Assembly (NCBI GenBank): GCA_963663165.1
Contig: OY760175.1
Location: 3,232,001 to 3,296,000, forward strand
DNA length: 64,000 nt
From: an uncultured Desulfospira sp.
GTDB taxonomy: Bacteria; Desulfobacterota; Desulfobacteria; Desulfobacterales; Desulfobacteraceae
Direction: 5' to 3'
Shown here one piece after another: positions 29,826 through 40,840 of the stretch; position 1 is the first letter of the stretch, and each line of letters begins with the position of its first letter. The notes below the pieces were generated by a model that did no database searches, was not told the origin of the DNA, and saw only the letters and a program-made list of their open reading frames with translations. The translations under genes and the position numbers were made by a program.

Positions 29826-32585
29826 CTAAGATGCTATTTTTTCAATGTTCACGGCGCAGGCTTTGAACTCTGCGGTCTTGGAAACCGGGTCAAAGGCGGA
29901 GTTGGTCAGGAAATTGGCGCATCCCTCCCGGAAGTGAAAGGCCATCCAGACAAGGCCTTCAGGCACCTGGGGGGTGATTTTGGCCGTGACCTCCACCGAT
30001 CCCCTCCGGGAATAAACCCGGATTTTCTCACCCTGTTCAATGCCCAGGCGCCGGGCATCCGCAGCGCTGATATCGGCGGTCTCCTCTCCCAGCAGCTCGT
30101 TGAGGCCGCTGCACCGGCCGGTCTGGGTCCGGGTATGGTAATGGTAAAGGCGGCGGCCCGTACTCAGCACAAAGGGATATTCTTTATCCGCCACTTCCGC
30201 CGGCGGGGTCCATTCAATGGCTTTCAGGTTGCCCTTGCCGCAGGTAAAGGCCCCGTCCGGGTGCATGACCCGGGTGCCCGGATGATCCAGGGAAGGACAG
30301 GGCCACTGCAACCCGTCTTTCTCAATGCGGGAAAACCGTATGCCGTGAAAAAGGGGGCAAAGCTGCGCCAACTCATTGTCCCAGATTTCCTGGCCGCTGG
30401 CTGACGCCCATTCCCGGCCCATGCGCCGGGCGATTTCTTTGAACACCCACCAGTTGGGCCGGGATTCACCCGGGGGAGAAACCGCCTTTCTGACCCGGCT
30501 GACCCGTCGTTCACTGTTGGTGAAGGTGCCGTCATCTTCACTCCAGGCCGTGGCCGGAAAGACCACATGGGCGAACCGGGTGGTCTCCGTGGGGAAAATA
30601 TCGTTGCAGACCAGGAATTCGGCGGCCTCCAGGCATTTTTCCACATGATTGATATCCGGCTCGGTATTGGCAATGTTTTCCCCGAACACATAAAGGGCCT
30701 TAACCTTTCCCGAGGCCAGGCCGTCGATCATGTCCGGGATCATCAGGCCCGGCTGGCCGGAAAGTTCCGCCCCCCAGGCGTTGGCAAATTTTTCCCGGGA
30801 CGCCGCGTCCGTCACCTTCTGGTAACCCGGAAAATCCCCGGGCAGGGCCCCCATGTCGCAGGCCCCCTGGACATTGTTCTGCCCCCTTAAGGGGTTGACC
30901 CCGCCCGTGGCATAGCCCACGTTGCCCAGCAGCATCTGAAGGTTGGCGCAGGACATGACATTGTTGACCCCGCAGGTATGCTCGGTAATCCCTAAGGTGT
31001 ACATCAGGGCGGCCGGCTTGACCGAGGCCATTTTCCACGCTACTTTCCGAATGGTATCGGCTTCAACCCCGCAGATGTCCTGAGCCCTTTCCGGTGGCCA
31101 TGACAGGGCCATCTTCTTGAGGTCCTCAAATCCGGTGGTATGCGCTTCCACATAGGCCTTGTCATAAAGGTCTTCGGTGATCAGGACATTCATCATGGCG
31201 TTGATCAGGGCCACATCCGATCCCACCTTGATCTGCATATAGGTGTGGGCATGGGCGGCAATGCCGTTGAACCTGGGATCGGCCACAATCAGGTGGGCCC
31301 CGTTGCGGACCGCCTGTTTGATCCAGGTGGCGGCTACGGGATGGGCCTCGGTCATGTTGGACCCAATGACAAAGAACAGCTTGCCGTTCTGGAATTCCTC
31401 AAAGGAATTGGTCATGGCACCGGACCCGAAGGACTGGGCCAGACCGGCCACGGTGGGGGCATGGCAGGTCCGGGCACAGTGGTCGATGTTGTTGGTGCCG
31501 ATGGTCGCCCGGAACAGTTTCTGCATGTTATAGGAGTCTTCATTGATGCTCCGGGCGCAGGAGATCCCGGCCAGGGCATCAGGGCCATGGTCGTTGATAA
31601 TCCGGGTGAATGTATCGGCCACAAGGTCCAGGGCCTCGTCCCAGGTGGCCTTTCGGAATTCTTTTCCTTCCCGGATCAGGGGATGGGTGAGCCGCTCATC
31701 CGAGTGAATGAAATCGTATCCGAACCGCCCCTTGACACAGAGACGGCCCATGCTCGGGGCCCCGTCTTCCACCCCGGTCACCTTAACGATCTTGTCATCC
31801 TTGACATGGAGCAGCTGCTGGCACCCCACCCCGCAATAGGGGCAGGTGGTCCGCACGGTCTGGACATCCGTTCCCTGGGCCAGGCCGAATGCTTTTTTCT
31901 CAAACAGTGCGCCCGTGGGGCAAACCTGAACACACTGGCCGCAATGGGTGCAGGCCTCGTAATCCACCACCGGGTACCACCCGTTCAAATGATCGGCCCG
32001 GCGGCCAAAGGGTTCCGGGATGGCCAGGTTGACCTGGATCTCGTTGCAGGCCTGAATGCAGCGGCCGCACCCGATGCACCGGGAATAATCCCTGACAATA
32101 AGGGGGGTCTCATCGTCCAGGGGATGGCCCTGCCAGTTCAAGTCTTCCTCTTTGACTTTCACGTCATACTCAATGGCCAGTTCCTGGAGCCGGCAGCCGC
32201 CATAGGCGGGGCAAAGCTGATCATGCCAGGGCTGGGCCATGATGTCGGTCTGGTTCTCGCTCCAGGCCGGGGCGGCCGCGTCCATGAGCAGGCAGTTGTG
32301 GGCACCTGAGGCAATGAACATCTCAATGATGGTTTTTCTGGCCGCTTTCACTGCCGGGCTGTGGGTGTGGATGACCATATGGGCTCCGGCAGGGGTTTCG
32401 CAGGCGGGCAGCAGTTCGGTCACCCCCTCCACCTCCACCACGCAGATCCGGCACTGGCCCGTGGGCATGCATTGGGACAGGTAGCAAAGGGTCGGAATCT
32501 CAATCTGATTTTCTTGGGCCACCTGGAGAATGGTTTGTCCCTGTTCAAACGATACGGTGTTGTTATTTATGATGAGGGTCGGCAT
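29826..32585 (-). CDS. fdhF: Formate dehydrogenase alpha subunit (FdhF-like; 2Fe-2S, 4Fe-4S and Mo/W-bisPGD domains; Cys ligand)
   Basis: IPTLC, CRICVVE, CIGCGRC, CPYCGVGC, NNIDHCARTCHAPT, PLRGQNNVQG. Confidence 0.88.
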   Translation of the reverse strand: MPTLIINNNTVSFEQGQTILQVAQENQIEIPTLCYLSQCMPTGQCRICVVEVEGVTELLPACETPAGAHMVIHTHSPAVKAARKTIIEMFIASGAHNCLLMDAAAPAWSENQTDIMAQPWHDQLCPAYGGCRLQELAIEYDVKVKEEDLNWQGHPLDDETPLIVRDYSRCIGCGRCIQACNEIQVNLAIPEPFGRRADHLNGWYPVVDYEACTHCGQCVQVCPTGALFEKKAFGLAQGTDVQTVRTTCPYCGVGCQQLLHVKDDKIVKVTGVEDGAPSMGRLCVKGRFGYDFIHSDERLTHPLIREGKEFRKATWDEALDLVADTFTRIINDHGPDALAGISCARSINEDSYNMQKLFRATIGTNNIDHCARTCHAPTVAGLAQSFGSGAMTNSFEEFQNGKLFFVIGSNMTEAHPVAATWIKQAVRNGAHLIVADPRFNGIAAHAHTYMQIKVGSDVALINAMMNVLITEDLYDKAYVEAHTTGFEDLKKMALSWPPERAQDICGVEADTIRKVAWKMASVKPAALMYTLGITEHTCGVNNVMSCANLQMLLGNVGYATGGVNPLRGQNNVQGACDMGALPGDFPGYQKVTDAASREKFANAWGAELSGQPGLMIPDMIDGLASGKVKALYVFGENIANTEPDINHVEKCLEAAEFLVCNDIFPTETTRFAHVVFPATAWSEDDGTFTNSERRVSRVRKAVSPPGESRPNWWVFKEIARRMGREWASASGQEIWDNELAQLCPLFHGIRFSRIEKDGLQWPCPSLDHPGTRVMHPDGAFTCGKGNLKAIEWTPPAEVADKEYPFVLSTGRRLYHYHTRTQTGRCSGLNELLGEETADISAADARRLGIEQGEKIRVYSRRGSVEVTAKITPQVPEGLVWMAFHFREGCANFLTNSAFDPVSKTAEFKACAVNIEKIAS

Positions 32586-33019
32586 AACTTTTCCTTTCCG
32601 TCTAACGTTAATCCTTGGTTCAGGCCTTTATTTTTCCAATAGTTGCTTCATATATCCGGATGCTTTTCTGCCGGGAACAGCCCTGAAAGGCCGACCCCTG
32701 TAAAGACGCAAAACACCCGGCCGCTTTTATCGGTACAGGAAAACCGGCGTTGAAGGTTGCCGGAAAGGACTAATGTGAACGGAAATTAAAAGATATCCAT
32801 TATCTTTACGCCTTTTACCCTACAGGTAAATTTCCTGTACCACTCAGGTAAAGCCGAAAAGATAATGCATAAGACAGATCCTCTTGGGTTTATAAACGGC
32901 TGTTTGCCATAACCTGCCCCATGACATAGTTGAAAACAAAGAAATTGTCAAATAGAACAACACATCTAATTCCGGGGAAAATCCCGTTTTTTCTGATGGA
33001 AAATTGAACAAACAGGTTT

Positions 33020-34475
33020 CGGGAATTCATCTATGCCAGCCCCTCCCACAGCCGCCTGGGATATTTACCTGAAAAGCTGATCGGCAAACCCTTGTTCTTC
33101 CTGGTTCACCCGGAAGATATCTTTCCCGCGTTCAATGTGGCCGGCCCGGGCCGGTCAGGGCAAGGGGGCAGAAGCCTTCACAAATACAGGCTTGCGGATA
33201 AGCAGGGCCGGTATCACCACTATGCCGGATCATTTGATCTGGTTTTCAGCCAGGATGGAAAGATAAAACAGGTCATTGGCGTTGCCAAAGACAACACGGA
33301 ACTGTTCCGTGCCCAAAAAGAAAAAATGGACGCCGTCCAGCGGGCGGCCGAATCGGAAAAACTGGTCCTGGTGGGAAAAATAGCCGGAAGGATGGCCCAT
33401 GATCTCAATAATATTTGTAACTATTCAGCTAATGCTGAAAACTAAGCAAAACAAGGGTCCGTAACTGTTCATCAGTGCTTCATATTTGTTTAGTCAGGCC
33501 TTCGTAGCATACTGTTGCTATGTGAGAAGGCCTGAATGAGCGAAGATGGGGCACTGCTGAACAGTTACTAATATTTTAGGAATCATCATGGGCAATGCCC
33601 AGCTGGCCACTTTGGACTGTTCCCATCCGCCTACCTTGAAAATCCTTAATATGCTCATAGAACAGACACGCCGGGGAAAGAACCTGACACGGAATCTGGT
33701 GGCGTTTGCAAAGAGCCATGAGCCCAGGCAGTCTTTTTTCCGGATTAATGAGAAAATTGAACTGGTTCTCACCCTGCTGCGCAAAGACCTGGAAGGCATT
33801 GACATCAACTGTGACCATGATCCGGATATACCCGGACTGTACGCGGACCCTGAAATGACAGAGAATGCCCTTGTCAATGTAATTCAAAACGCCATTCATG
33901 TGGTGAGCTTAAGCACACATCCCCAAATCAAAATCCGTGTACGGGAAAAAAGGTGATCGCCTCCGGATTGATATATCCGACAACGGGTGCGGCATTCCAA
34001 AAAAAGCTGTAAACCGGATCTTTGATCCGTCATTTTCCCTGAAGGGCAGTGCCGATATAACGGCCACGGGCTGCAGGCCCACAACGAACAATGAAACTGA
34101 AGACCACCGGCAAGGATGAGGAGCTCATATTTTCCGTACAGCAGCGAATCCTCACCCAGGCCCCCCCTGTTTCATCATGTGGATGTGGCAGAAACCGGAA
34201 ATGACGCCAAAGTCCTGATAGACAACACCCCGTACGACCTGATCAGCCTTGATTACGTGCTTCCGGGTGGTGTCACCGGAATGGACGTCTACCACCACAT
34301 CCGGGAAAGCGATCACCGCGTGCCCATCCTCTTTACTTCGGGAAATATTGAATTCCTGGAGTCCGTTAAAGAACTCAAACAGGCCGACACCTTTGTGGAT
34401 CATATCCCGAAACCCTACAGCAACGATGACTATATCCATGCGGTTGATCAATTATTGATCCGGGGGAAAAAATAG
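33020..34475 (+). pseudogene. Decayed PAS-HisKA-HATPase-REC hybrid kinase
   Basis: Fragments in shifted frames: YASPS..LGY..VHPED; MAHDLNN / ILGIIMGN (split by MITE); ISDNGCGI; DLISLDYVLP. Confidence 0.8.
33417..33568 (+). mobile_element. 152-bp MITE, copy 2
   Basis: Identical sequence; TSD TAATATTT (33409-33416, 33569-33576). Confidence 0.95.
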
Positions 34476-34700
34476 AACCGCCCCCTGCCCCGGACAACCA
34501 ACAGCCGGCGACATTTCCTCCATGGCGGCGCCAGGGGAGATAAATACCCGGCGAATAATGGGCCCCGAGATTAAAATGTGAAAAAAATGACATAATCAAC
34601 GGCCCGGGGTGTTACATTTTTTACCCATAGTATCACATTTTCTTCACACTTCACTTTTTCGCAAAAACACAACCTTTTGTTTTTATAGGAAAAGAACTCT

Positions 34701-34716
34701 TGGCTCAAAAATTGCA
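34701..34716 (+). promoter_or_regulatory. Sigma54 -24/-12 promoter candidate
   Basis: TGGCTCA-AAAA-TTGCA with correct GG-N10-GC spacing and AT-rich upstream sequence. Confidence 0.6.
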
Positions 34717-34981
34717 TTTATTTTGTGTTGATTTTTTAAGCGATTTATTGGAGATTAGTTAGCGATTTTGGCGAGCAGGTATCCATCCATCACGCCCTGA
34801 TGCGCCAGGGGAAAGTGTTCAGATATCTGCAACAGGTGCCGGATCTCTATTGGCTGCATCAATTTACAATTTATTTTAACGTTTTCTTTACGGTTTCTGC
34901 TGCGGGCAGTTCCATGCCGGATCCGGTTCAGATCCGTCGGAGACTGTGCTGACTGTCGGACCACTTTGGGGAGGACGATTT

Positions 34982-37900
34982 ATGTCCCGTGCCGGGCGAG
35001 TTCAATGGAATGGGGTTTGGGTTACTTTCTGTTGTCTTTTCATCTTTGCATTCAGGGCAGATGCTTATGAACTGTCCATTAAAGTGCCTGTTTTAGAACC
35101 GGCGGTTGCCGTTTCAGGGGCCAACTATGTGTTGCTGCCTGACAGTCCGGGGACCATGACCGTGACCATAACGGTCTTATGCACCCTGGATGAGTTGCTG
35201 GAATCCCCGCCGGCATCCCTGGATCTGACCTACCGGCTTTTAAGGGGCAGTGCGACGGTAGCAGAAGTCCAGCAGACCCCTCTCACCCCTTCGTACAGGT
35301 GGAGTACCACCGCAACCTATGAGAGAACCATTGAAATTTCTTATGCGTTTCCTCTGCCTGCCGCCGGTACTGGAGATGAAGAATTAAAAACCAGCAGCGG
35401 TTATCAGTTTGAAGTATCCATTTGGGCAGATGACACACTCAAACCGGATGATACCCGGGCCAGCGCCAACTTTGCCTATACGGTCTATTCTGGAAGGTTG
35501 ATTTTCAATAAGGTCGTTACCGGGCTGACCTCCCTTGTGCCCGCAACCGGATGCGTTGGCGGTGACATCACCCTTTCCACCTCATCCACGGCCGTGTGGG
35601 ATGCAGGGGTGGACTCTTTTTCTTTTGACGCCGCAGGCCTTTGCGCTTCCCTTTCAGGCAACAGGGACAGGTACTCATCGGATCTGCTGGTGGTGTCCGG
35701 ATCAGTTGAGGGCATCGGCCCGGTCCAGGGGACTGCGGCAGGCCTTGACTGGACCATTGAATCCATTTCCCTGGATGCCGCCGGAGGCAATTTTTCCGGT
35801 GCCGCCATTGCCCTTCCCGAGAATGTCACCTGCCACGCCTATCTGCTCCAGAGGGCCTGGCCCATGGGGATGACCTCCATTACCCTGGCCCAGGGGGGCA
35901 GTTTTACCTCGGGGCTTGATTCAGCGGTCCTGTCCCTGGGCAACCCGGTTCTGTTTCACCCCCGGGATCTGCCCTTTTATGTCTATGCCCAGGATGTAAG
36001 CTTCGCCCTGGACGATACCAACATCCAGGGCATTGTCCTTTCCTCCCCGGCCCCCTATTATGTTCATAAGGATGCCTCAGATTCCCTGGCATCGGCTCAT
36101 CCCAGGAAGGCCTTTGGCTTTCCCAGCAACGATGCCATGTTCCGGCAGGCCCCGTCTTCGGCGGACAACGAGATCACCATTGACCAGTACGGGGTCCAGG
36201 GGCATCTTGACTTTGACGGCACCACCAGTGTCATGGCCTTTCCCATGGCCCGGCTGGATCACCCGGCCTACGAGGTTACCCTGGTTAACAGCGCTCTTGC
36301 CGACCAGAGCGCCCTTTTTGGAGTAACGGCTGTCAGCCTCACTGCAGGCTTTAACGGCAACTGCCCGGACGGGGGCTGCAACGGCCTGCTTGCCGCCAAT
36401 TCTTTTAAAGTCAGCTCCCCTGACGGGGCCAGGTTTCTACCCAACGGCGGCCTTGCCGGACGGTTCGACAACTTAGGGGACACCCAGGACCCGGAATCCA
36501 GCCAGCTGGAATGGGGCGGGTCCAACGGAACGGACGGCACCTTTTTCAGGGAGGATGCCGGGATTCCCGGGGTATGGGTGGTCCCGGGCTTTATCATGCC
36601 CCAGACGGCGGCCACCCCTTCCGTCCAAAGTGACATCAGAATCACCCAGACCCTTCTGGGATCCTTTACCTTTGGGGCAGCCCCGGCTCAGGGAGAGCCC
36701 CTGGGGGAAGGCACCCTTCATTTATTAAGCGATCCGGCCGACCTTTCGGCCCGGCAGGGGGACGGATACTTTGCCGGCATCAATATGGGACCTGAATTTC
36801 TCGTGGGTGACGACCCCGCTGTACCGGCCATTCTGCCCGGGGCAGGTGAACTTTTGGCCGGCACCCTGGATGTCCGGTTTAACGGCAATACGGATTTTGC
36901 CGTCATGCCCGACCGGGAAGCCGTCAAGTATGTGCTGAGGCCCGGCGGCCTTACCGGGGTGTTTAACACCGGATTTTCAGGCAGTTCGGCCGGAGATATC
37001 AGCATCTACGGCTATGGTATCAACTTCAGCCGGTTTTCCTTCAGGCAGACTTTAAACCGGCTGTCGCCTGAAACCTTTATTGACGGTGAACTGACCCTGC
37101 CCGCCCCGGTAGGGGATGACAACGGCATGAGGGTCGGGTTTACCCGGCTTACCCTGACCTGTAACGGCAACCTGGGATCCGGGACCCTGGACAGCGAACC
37201 GGAACCGGACTGGCCCAACGGGAGTGAACCCACGGGCTGCGACGGGGTTAACCAGGATGGGGACACTTATCCCGATGAAAGCTGCCATGTGCTGGGATAC
37301 TGGAACATGAAAACCCTGGTCACGGGCATGGCCTTTGAAAATGATCCTGAAGGCCCAGACGCATTAGGCGACTGCAACAGCCTTCCCCGGGTCCTGACCC
37401 TGGACACCCAAAATGTCGTAGACCACCTTGACAGTATCTTAACCCTGTCGGCCGTCTACACCCCTGACGGCCTGATTCGAAACCAGACGGCGGCCTGTGA
37501 CACCGACACTGTTCTGGACCCACCCAGCGGAGGTGCCAAGCCCGGATTTCCCGTCAGGGTATCGGACATTTATCTCAATGAAATCACAGATCCTGCCGCC
37601 CTGCCCGACTGGCAGGGATTTACCGTCATTAGCGGCAAGGTGGATGTGCCGCTGTTTAACGATGCCGCCATCAAAGGGCATCTGATCAACACGTCTGCCA
37701 CATCAGCCCAGTCGGTTTATGTCATGGCCGACGGCGAGGACTCAGACCATGACGGTATCCCCTCGCCCTTCGATGACGACACGGACGGTGTGGATGTGTT
37801 CCGGACGCTTTTGGCCCCGTCGGGACCAGATGCGGCCCCCAAACCTTTATTTGAATACCACTGGCCCGGCCCGGGAGTCGTTGATCTGGCCTACCGGGGG

Positions 37901-40738
37901 AATTTTTATCAATCCGGGGCCGAAACTATGCCCCGGTTCAAGGGAATTAAAAAGCCCACCGACCTTGCCGGCGTTCTGAACATTGAATCGGTTCCCGATT
38001 ATATCAATCCTGAGCGCACCAAATTTTCCTTTGGGGTGAGCGCCGAAACCGAGGCCTTTGCCAACCTCTCCATTGACGTGGGCGGCATCACCGACGGCCT
38101 CAACGATTTTTTCTCCTCGGAACTGGGCGTCTCCTTTGACATTGAAAGCATGCTGGCCCAGCTGGCCGATGCCCAGCAGGTCATGCACGATATCACCGGG
38201 GCAGACGTTTCCGATATCCTGGCCCGGGTCATTGCTGACATCGTGGACAGCACGGATCTGGCCGATGCCATCCGGGCGGCGGCCAACGGGCTCTCCCAGG
38301 CCCACCAGGCCCCGGCCATGGTCTATGCGGTCCTGTCCGAACCTTTTGAAACCCTGATGGACGAAATCATGGCCCTGGCCGACGACCCGGACCTGGATCT
38401 TTCCGCCCTTTACATTGATGTCAGCGTGGCCGATGAGCTTTCAGGGGCCCTGGCCCCGTTTCTCAGATATGATCATACCGGACTTCGGGACCTTTATGAA
38501 AATTACTCCGGGGAAATTGGCGACCCGGCATTTGATGCGCTCCTGGCAAAATTCCAGGCCCTTCAGGATATCCTTTTAACCATCACCGACAAGCTTTCCT
38601 ATGCCCAGGAGGCAACCGATGCCGCAGCCGATTTTCTCTCCGACGGGACAGGCGCCGCATTAACCTATCTGGACACGGTCATTGACTTTGCCTATACCGC
38701 ATCGGATCTGGTCCATGACCTGTATGATGAGGCCACTTCAGGGTTGGGCGGGTTTGTCACCACAGGACAAAGCAATCCCCTGCTGGCAAGGCTTTTAGAG
38801 GCCAAAGACGGGATCCGGCAGGTCAATACCGCCATTCAGACCGTTCACTTAGGAGACATTGCCAATGCCCTTTTCCTGGCATCGGTGGTGGCCGGTTCTC
38901 CCATGGATGTCTCCATGCTCCATGCCGCCGAGGAAACCGCACTCACGGCGGTCAGTCAGCTCAATGAGACCATCACCCAGGCCGAAGAAAATCTCATCCT
39001 GCTGCTGGAAGGCCTGCCCATGGCCGATGTCCTGGCCACCATTGACGGATTTATAGGGGACGACGGCCTGATCCAGACCGCCCTCAGGGGCGCCTCTTAC
39101 CCCGACACCCCGGCTGAAGGGGGTCTAATTCATTCCCTTGAAGCCATTAAAACCGACCTTCCCCAATATGTTGATCTCATGGGCCAGGACCTGGAACGCC
39201 TCTCCCTTCTGGTTCAGGCCCTGGTACCGGGGGATGCCCAGGTGGTGGACGTGGCCACCTGGCAGGAGGCCGTAGAACTGTCCCAGGCCCAGCTCAACCA
39301 GCTGATCACAAGCCTTGTGACCCAGATCACCCAGACCGGGGAAGGCGCAGAAGGCATGATTTTCCAGGAACTGGCCCAAATTTATGAAGCAGCCAACGTC
39401 GACTCTTTAGGCTTTACCGCGGTCTGGGCCGACCCCGGGGTCCGCAAACGGATCCTTGTCGCCCCCCTCCTGTTTATTGTGGAAGGGGCCGGAACCATCC
39501 AGCAGGATATTAAAGATATGGTGGAAACCGTCACAGGGCTGCTGCCCAACCCCAGCGAGGAAGACATCCGGGCCATGCTGCGCGCCACCATCCTGAACAC
39601 CGAACCCGTGGAAGAGATGAACCGGATCTTTTATGAACAATTCGGCTTTGTCAGCGACATGGTGGATGATGTGACCACCCAGATGGCCCTGCAGATCAAC
39701 ACCATGATCCGGGATGCCATGGCCTCCATCAACGAAGCCCTTCAGGCCCAGCTTGAGGCGGTGACCGCCGACATCGGCAGCAGCTGGGGGGTCTCTTCGG
39801 CAGGCATTGACGGGTATGCCATTGTCAGCCAGGACGAGATTGAGCGCATTCATTTAGAGGCGGCATTCACCTTTGACGGGGAACCGGATCCCACATCCTT
39901 TACCGGGGCCCTGGACATCACGGCCTGGAACACCGAGAACGGCCCGAGCGGCTGCATTAACGGCGGATCCGGCAAGGTGGACGTGGTGCTCTCCACCCAC
40001 GACGTCACCGCCGACATGCTGGGCATGGATGTGGGCTTAAAAGAGGCCCTTCTGGGATTTACCCTCCAGACCGATCCGGTGCTTCCCCTGGGGATTTTCG
40101 GCCGGGTCTACCTTCAGGGGGAACTGGGGTTTGAATCCCTTGCCCTTTACGACCTGGGGTTTGAGGCCGCCTTTGGCAGCCAGGAACGTTATTTTGCGGC
40201 CAAAGGGGCGGCACGGTTTTCAGACTATACCATTCCCATGGCCGCCTTTTATTTAGGGGTGAGCTGTTTCGAGAATAATGTTTTAGAGCGGCTGGACCCT
40301 GAAGTCGCTGAATTTATCGGGGAAATCAACCCAATGAGCGGAGTCTATGTCAGAGGATCGGTGGAGGTGCCGGTCTGGAACAACGGCTGCGCCCTGACCC
40401 TCGGGGTGGGGGCCGACATCGGGGCCTGGTTTTTTACCGAGCCCGGATCCGGAACCTACGGCGGTCTTCTGGGCGGCTCGGCCTATGGCGAACTGGGCTG
40501 CCTGGCCTCCCTTAAGGGGGCCATGTCTCTGATCGGCCAGAAATCGGGATCAACCTATGCCTTTTCCGGATCCGGCTGGGGGGCCGCCGGCGTGGGCTGG
40601 TGCTCCCAAGGCAAATGGAAAAGCGTTAAGGACGCCAGAAAAGACGACTGGTGCCTCACCGGTGAGGCCACCTTTGAGGTGACCTATGAAAACAACGGCT
40701 GGGTTTTTGACGGACCCCATGTGAGCTGTTGTCACTAG
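34982..40738 (+). CDS. Giant secreted hypothetical protein (about 1918 aa): beta-rich N-part, long helical middle, beta/Gly-rich C-part
   Basis: GGAGG RBS; signal peptide ending AFRADA; acidic; paired Cys; no catalytic motif recognised. Confidence 0.8.
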   Translation: MSRAGRVQWNGVWVTFCCLFIFAFRADAYELSIKVPVLEPAVAVSGANYVLLPDSPGTMTVTITVLCTLDELLESPPASLDLTYRLLRGSATVAEVQQTPLTPSYRWSTTATYERTIEISYAFPLPAAGTGDEELKTSSGYQFEVSIWADDTLKPDDTRASANFAYTVYSGRLIFNKVVTGLTSLVPATGCVGGDITLSTSSTAVWDAGVDSFSFDAAGLCASLSGNRDRYSSDLLVVSGSVEGIGPVQGTAAGLDWTIESISLDAAGGNFSGAAIALPENVTCHAYLLQRAWPMGMTSITLAQGGSFTSGLDSAVLSLGNPVLFHPRDLPFYVYAQDVSFALDDTNIQGIVLSSPAPYYVHKDASDSLASAHPRKAFGFPSNDAMFRQAPSSADNEITIDQYGVQGHLDFDGTTSVMAFPMARLDHPAYEVTLVNSALADQSALFGVTAVSLTAGFNGNCPDGGCNGLLAANSFKVSSPDGARFLPNGGLAGRFDNLGDTQDPESSQLEWGGSNGTDGTFFREDAGIPGVWVVPGFIMPQTAATPSVQSDIRITQTLLGSFTFGAAPAQGEPLGEGTLHLLSDPADLSARQGDGYFAGINMGPEFLVGDDPAVPAILPGAGELLAGTLDVRFNGNTDFAVMPDREAVKYVLRPGGLTGVFNTGFSGSSAGDISIYGYGINFSRFSFRQTLNRLSPETFIDGELTLPAPVGDDNGMRVGFTRLTLTCNGNLGSGTLDSEPEPDWPNGSEPTGCDGVNQDGDTYPDESCHVLGYWNMKTLVTGMAFENDPEGPDALGDCNSLPRVLTLDTQNVVDHLDSILTLSAVYTPDGLIRNQTAACDTDTVLDPPSGGAKPGFPVRVSDIYLNEITDPAALPDWQGFTVISGKVDVPLFNDAAIKGHLINTSATSAQSVYVMADGEDSDHDGIPSPFDDDTDGVDVFRTLLAPSGPDAAPKPLFEYHWPGPGVVDLAYRGNFYQSGAETMPRFKGIKKPTDLAGVLNIESVPDYINPERTKFSFGVSAETEAFANLSIDVGGITDGLNDFFSSELGVSFDIESMLAQLADAQQVMHDITGADVSDILARVIADIVDSTDLADAIRAAANGLSQAHQAPAMVYAVLSEPFETLMDEIMALADDPDLDLSALYIDVSVADELSGALAPFLRYDHTGLRDLYENYSGEIGDPAFDALLAKFQALQDILLTITDKLSYAQEATDAAADFLSDGTGAALTYLDTVIDFAYTASDLVHDLYDEATSGLGGFVTTGQSNPLLARLLEAKDGIRQVNTAIQTVHLGDIANALFLASVVAGSPMDVSMLHAAEETALTAVSQLNETITQAEENLILLLEGLPMADVLATIDGFIGDDGLIQTALRGASYPDTPAEGGLIHSLEAIKTDLPQYVDLMGQDLERLSLLVQALVPGDAQVVDVATWQEAVELSQAQLNQLITSLVTQITQTGEGAEGMIFQELAQIYEAANVDSLGFTAVWADPGVRKRILVAPLLFIVEGAGTIQQDIKDMVETVTGLLPNPSEEDIRAMLRATILNTEPVEEMNRIFYEQFGFVSDMVDDVTTQMALQINTMIRDAMASINEALQAQLEAVTADIGSSWGVSSAGIDGYAIVSQDEIERIHLEAAFTFDGEPDPTSFTGALDITAWNTENGPSGCINGGSGKVDVVLSTHDVTADMLGMDVGLKEALLGFTLQTDPVLPLGIFGRVYLQGELGFESLALYDLGFEAAFGSQERYFAAKGAARFSDYTIPMAAFYLGVSCFENNVLERLDPEVAEFIGEINPMSGVYVRGSVEVPVWNNGCALTLGVGADIGAWFFTEPGSGTYGGLLGGSAYGELGCLASLKGAMSLIGQKSGSTYAFSGSGWGAAGVGWCSQGKWKSVKDARKDDWCLTGEATFEVTYENNGWVFDGPHVSCCH

Positions 40739-40821
40739 GGGATATGAGACCTGGGACTTGGGATATGGGGAGAAAATCTTTCCCCGGATTCCGGGTCCCA
40801 GGTCCCAAGTCCCTCATATCA
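40738..40821. repeat. Heptamer-repeat hairpin in the intergenic space
   Basis: GATATGAGACCTGGGACTTGGGA ... TCCCAGGTCCCAAGTCCCTCATATC. Confidence 0.65.
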
Positions 40822-40840
40822 ACATACAAGGAAAAAATTG

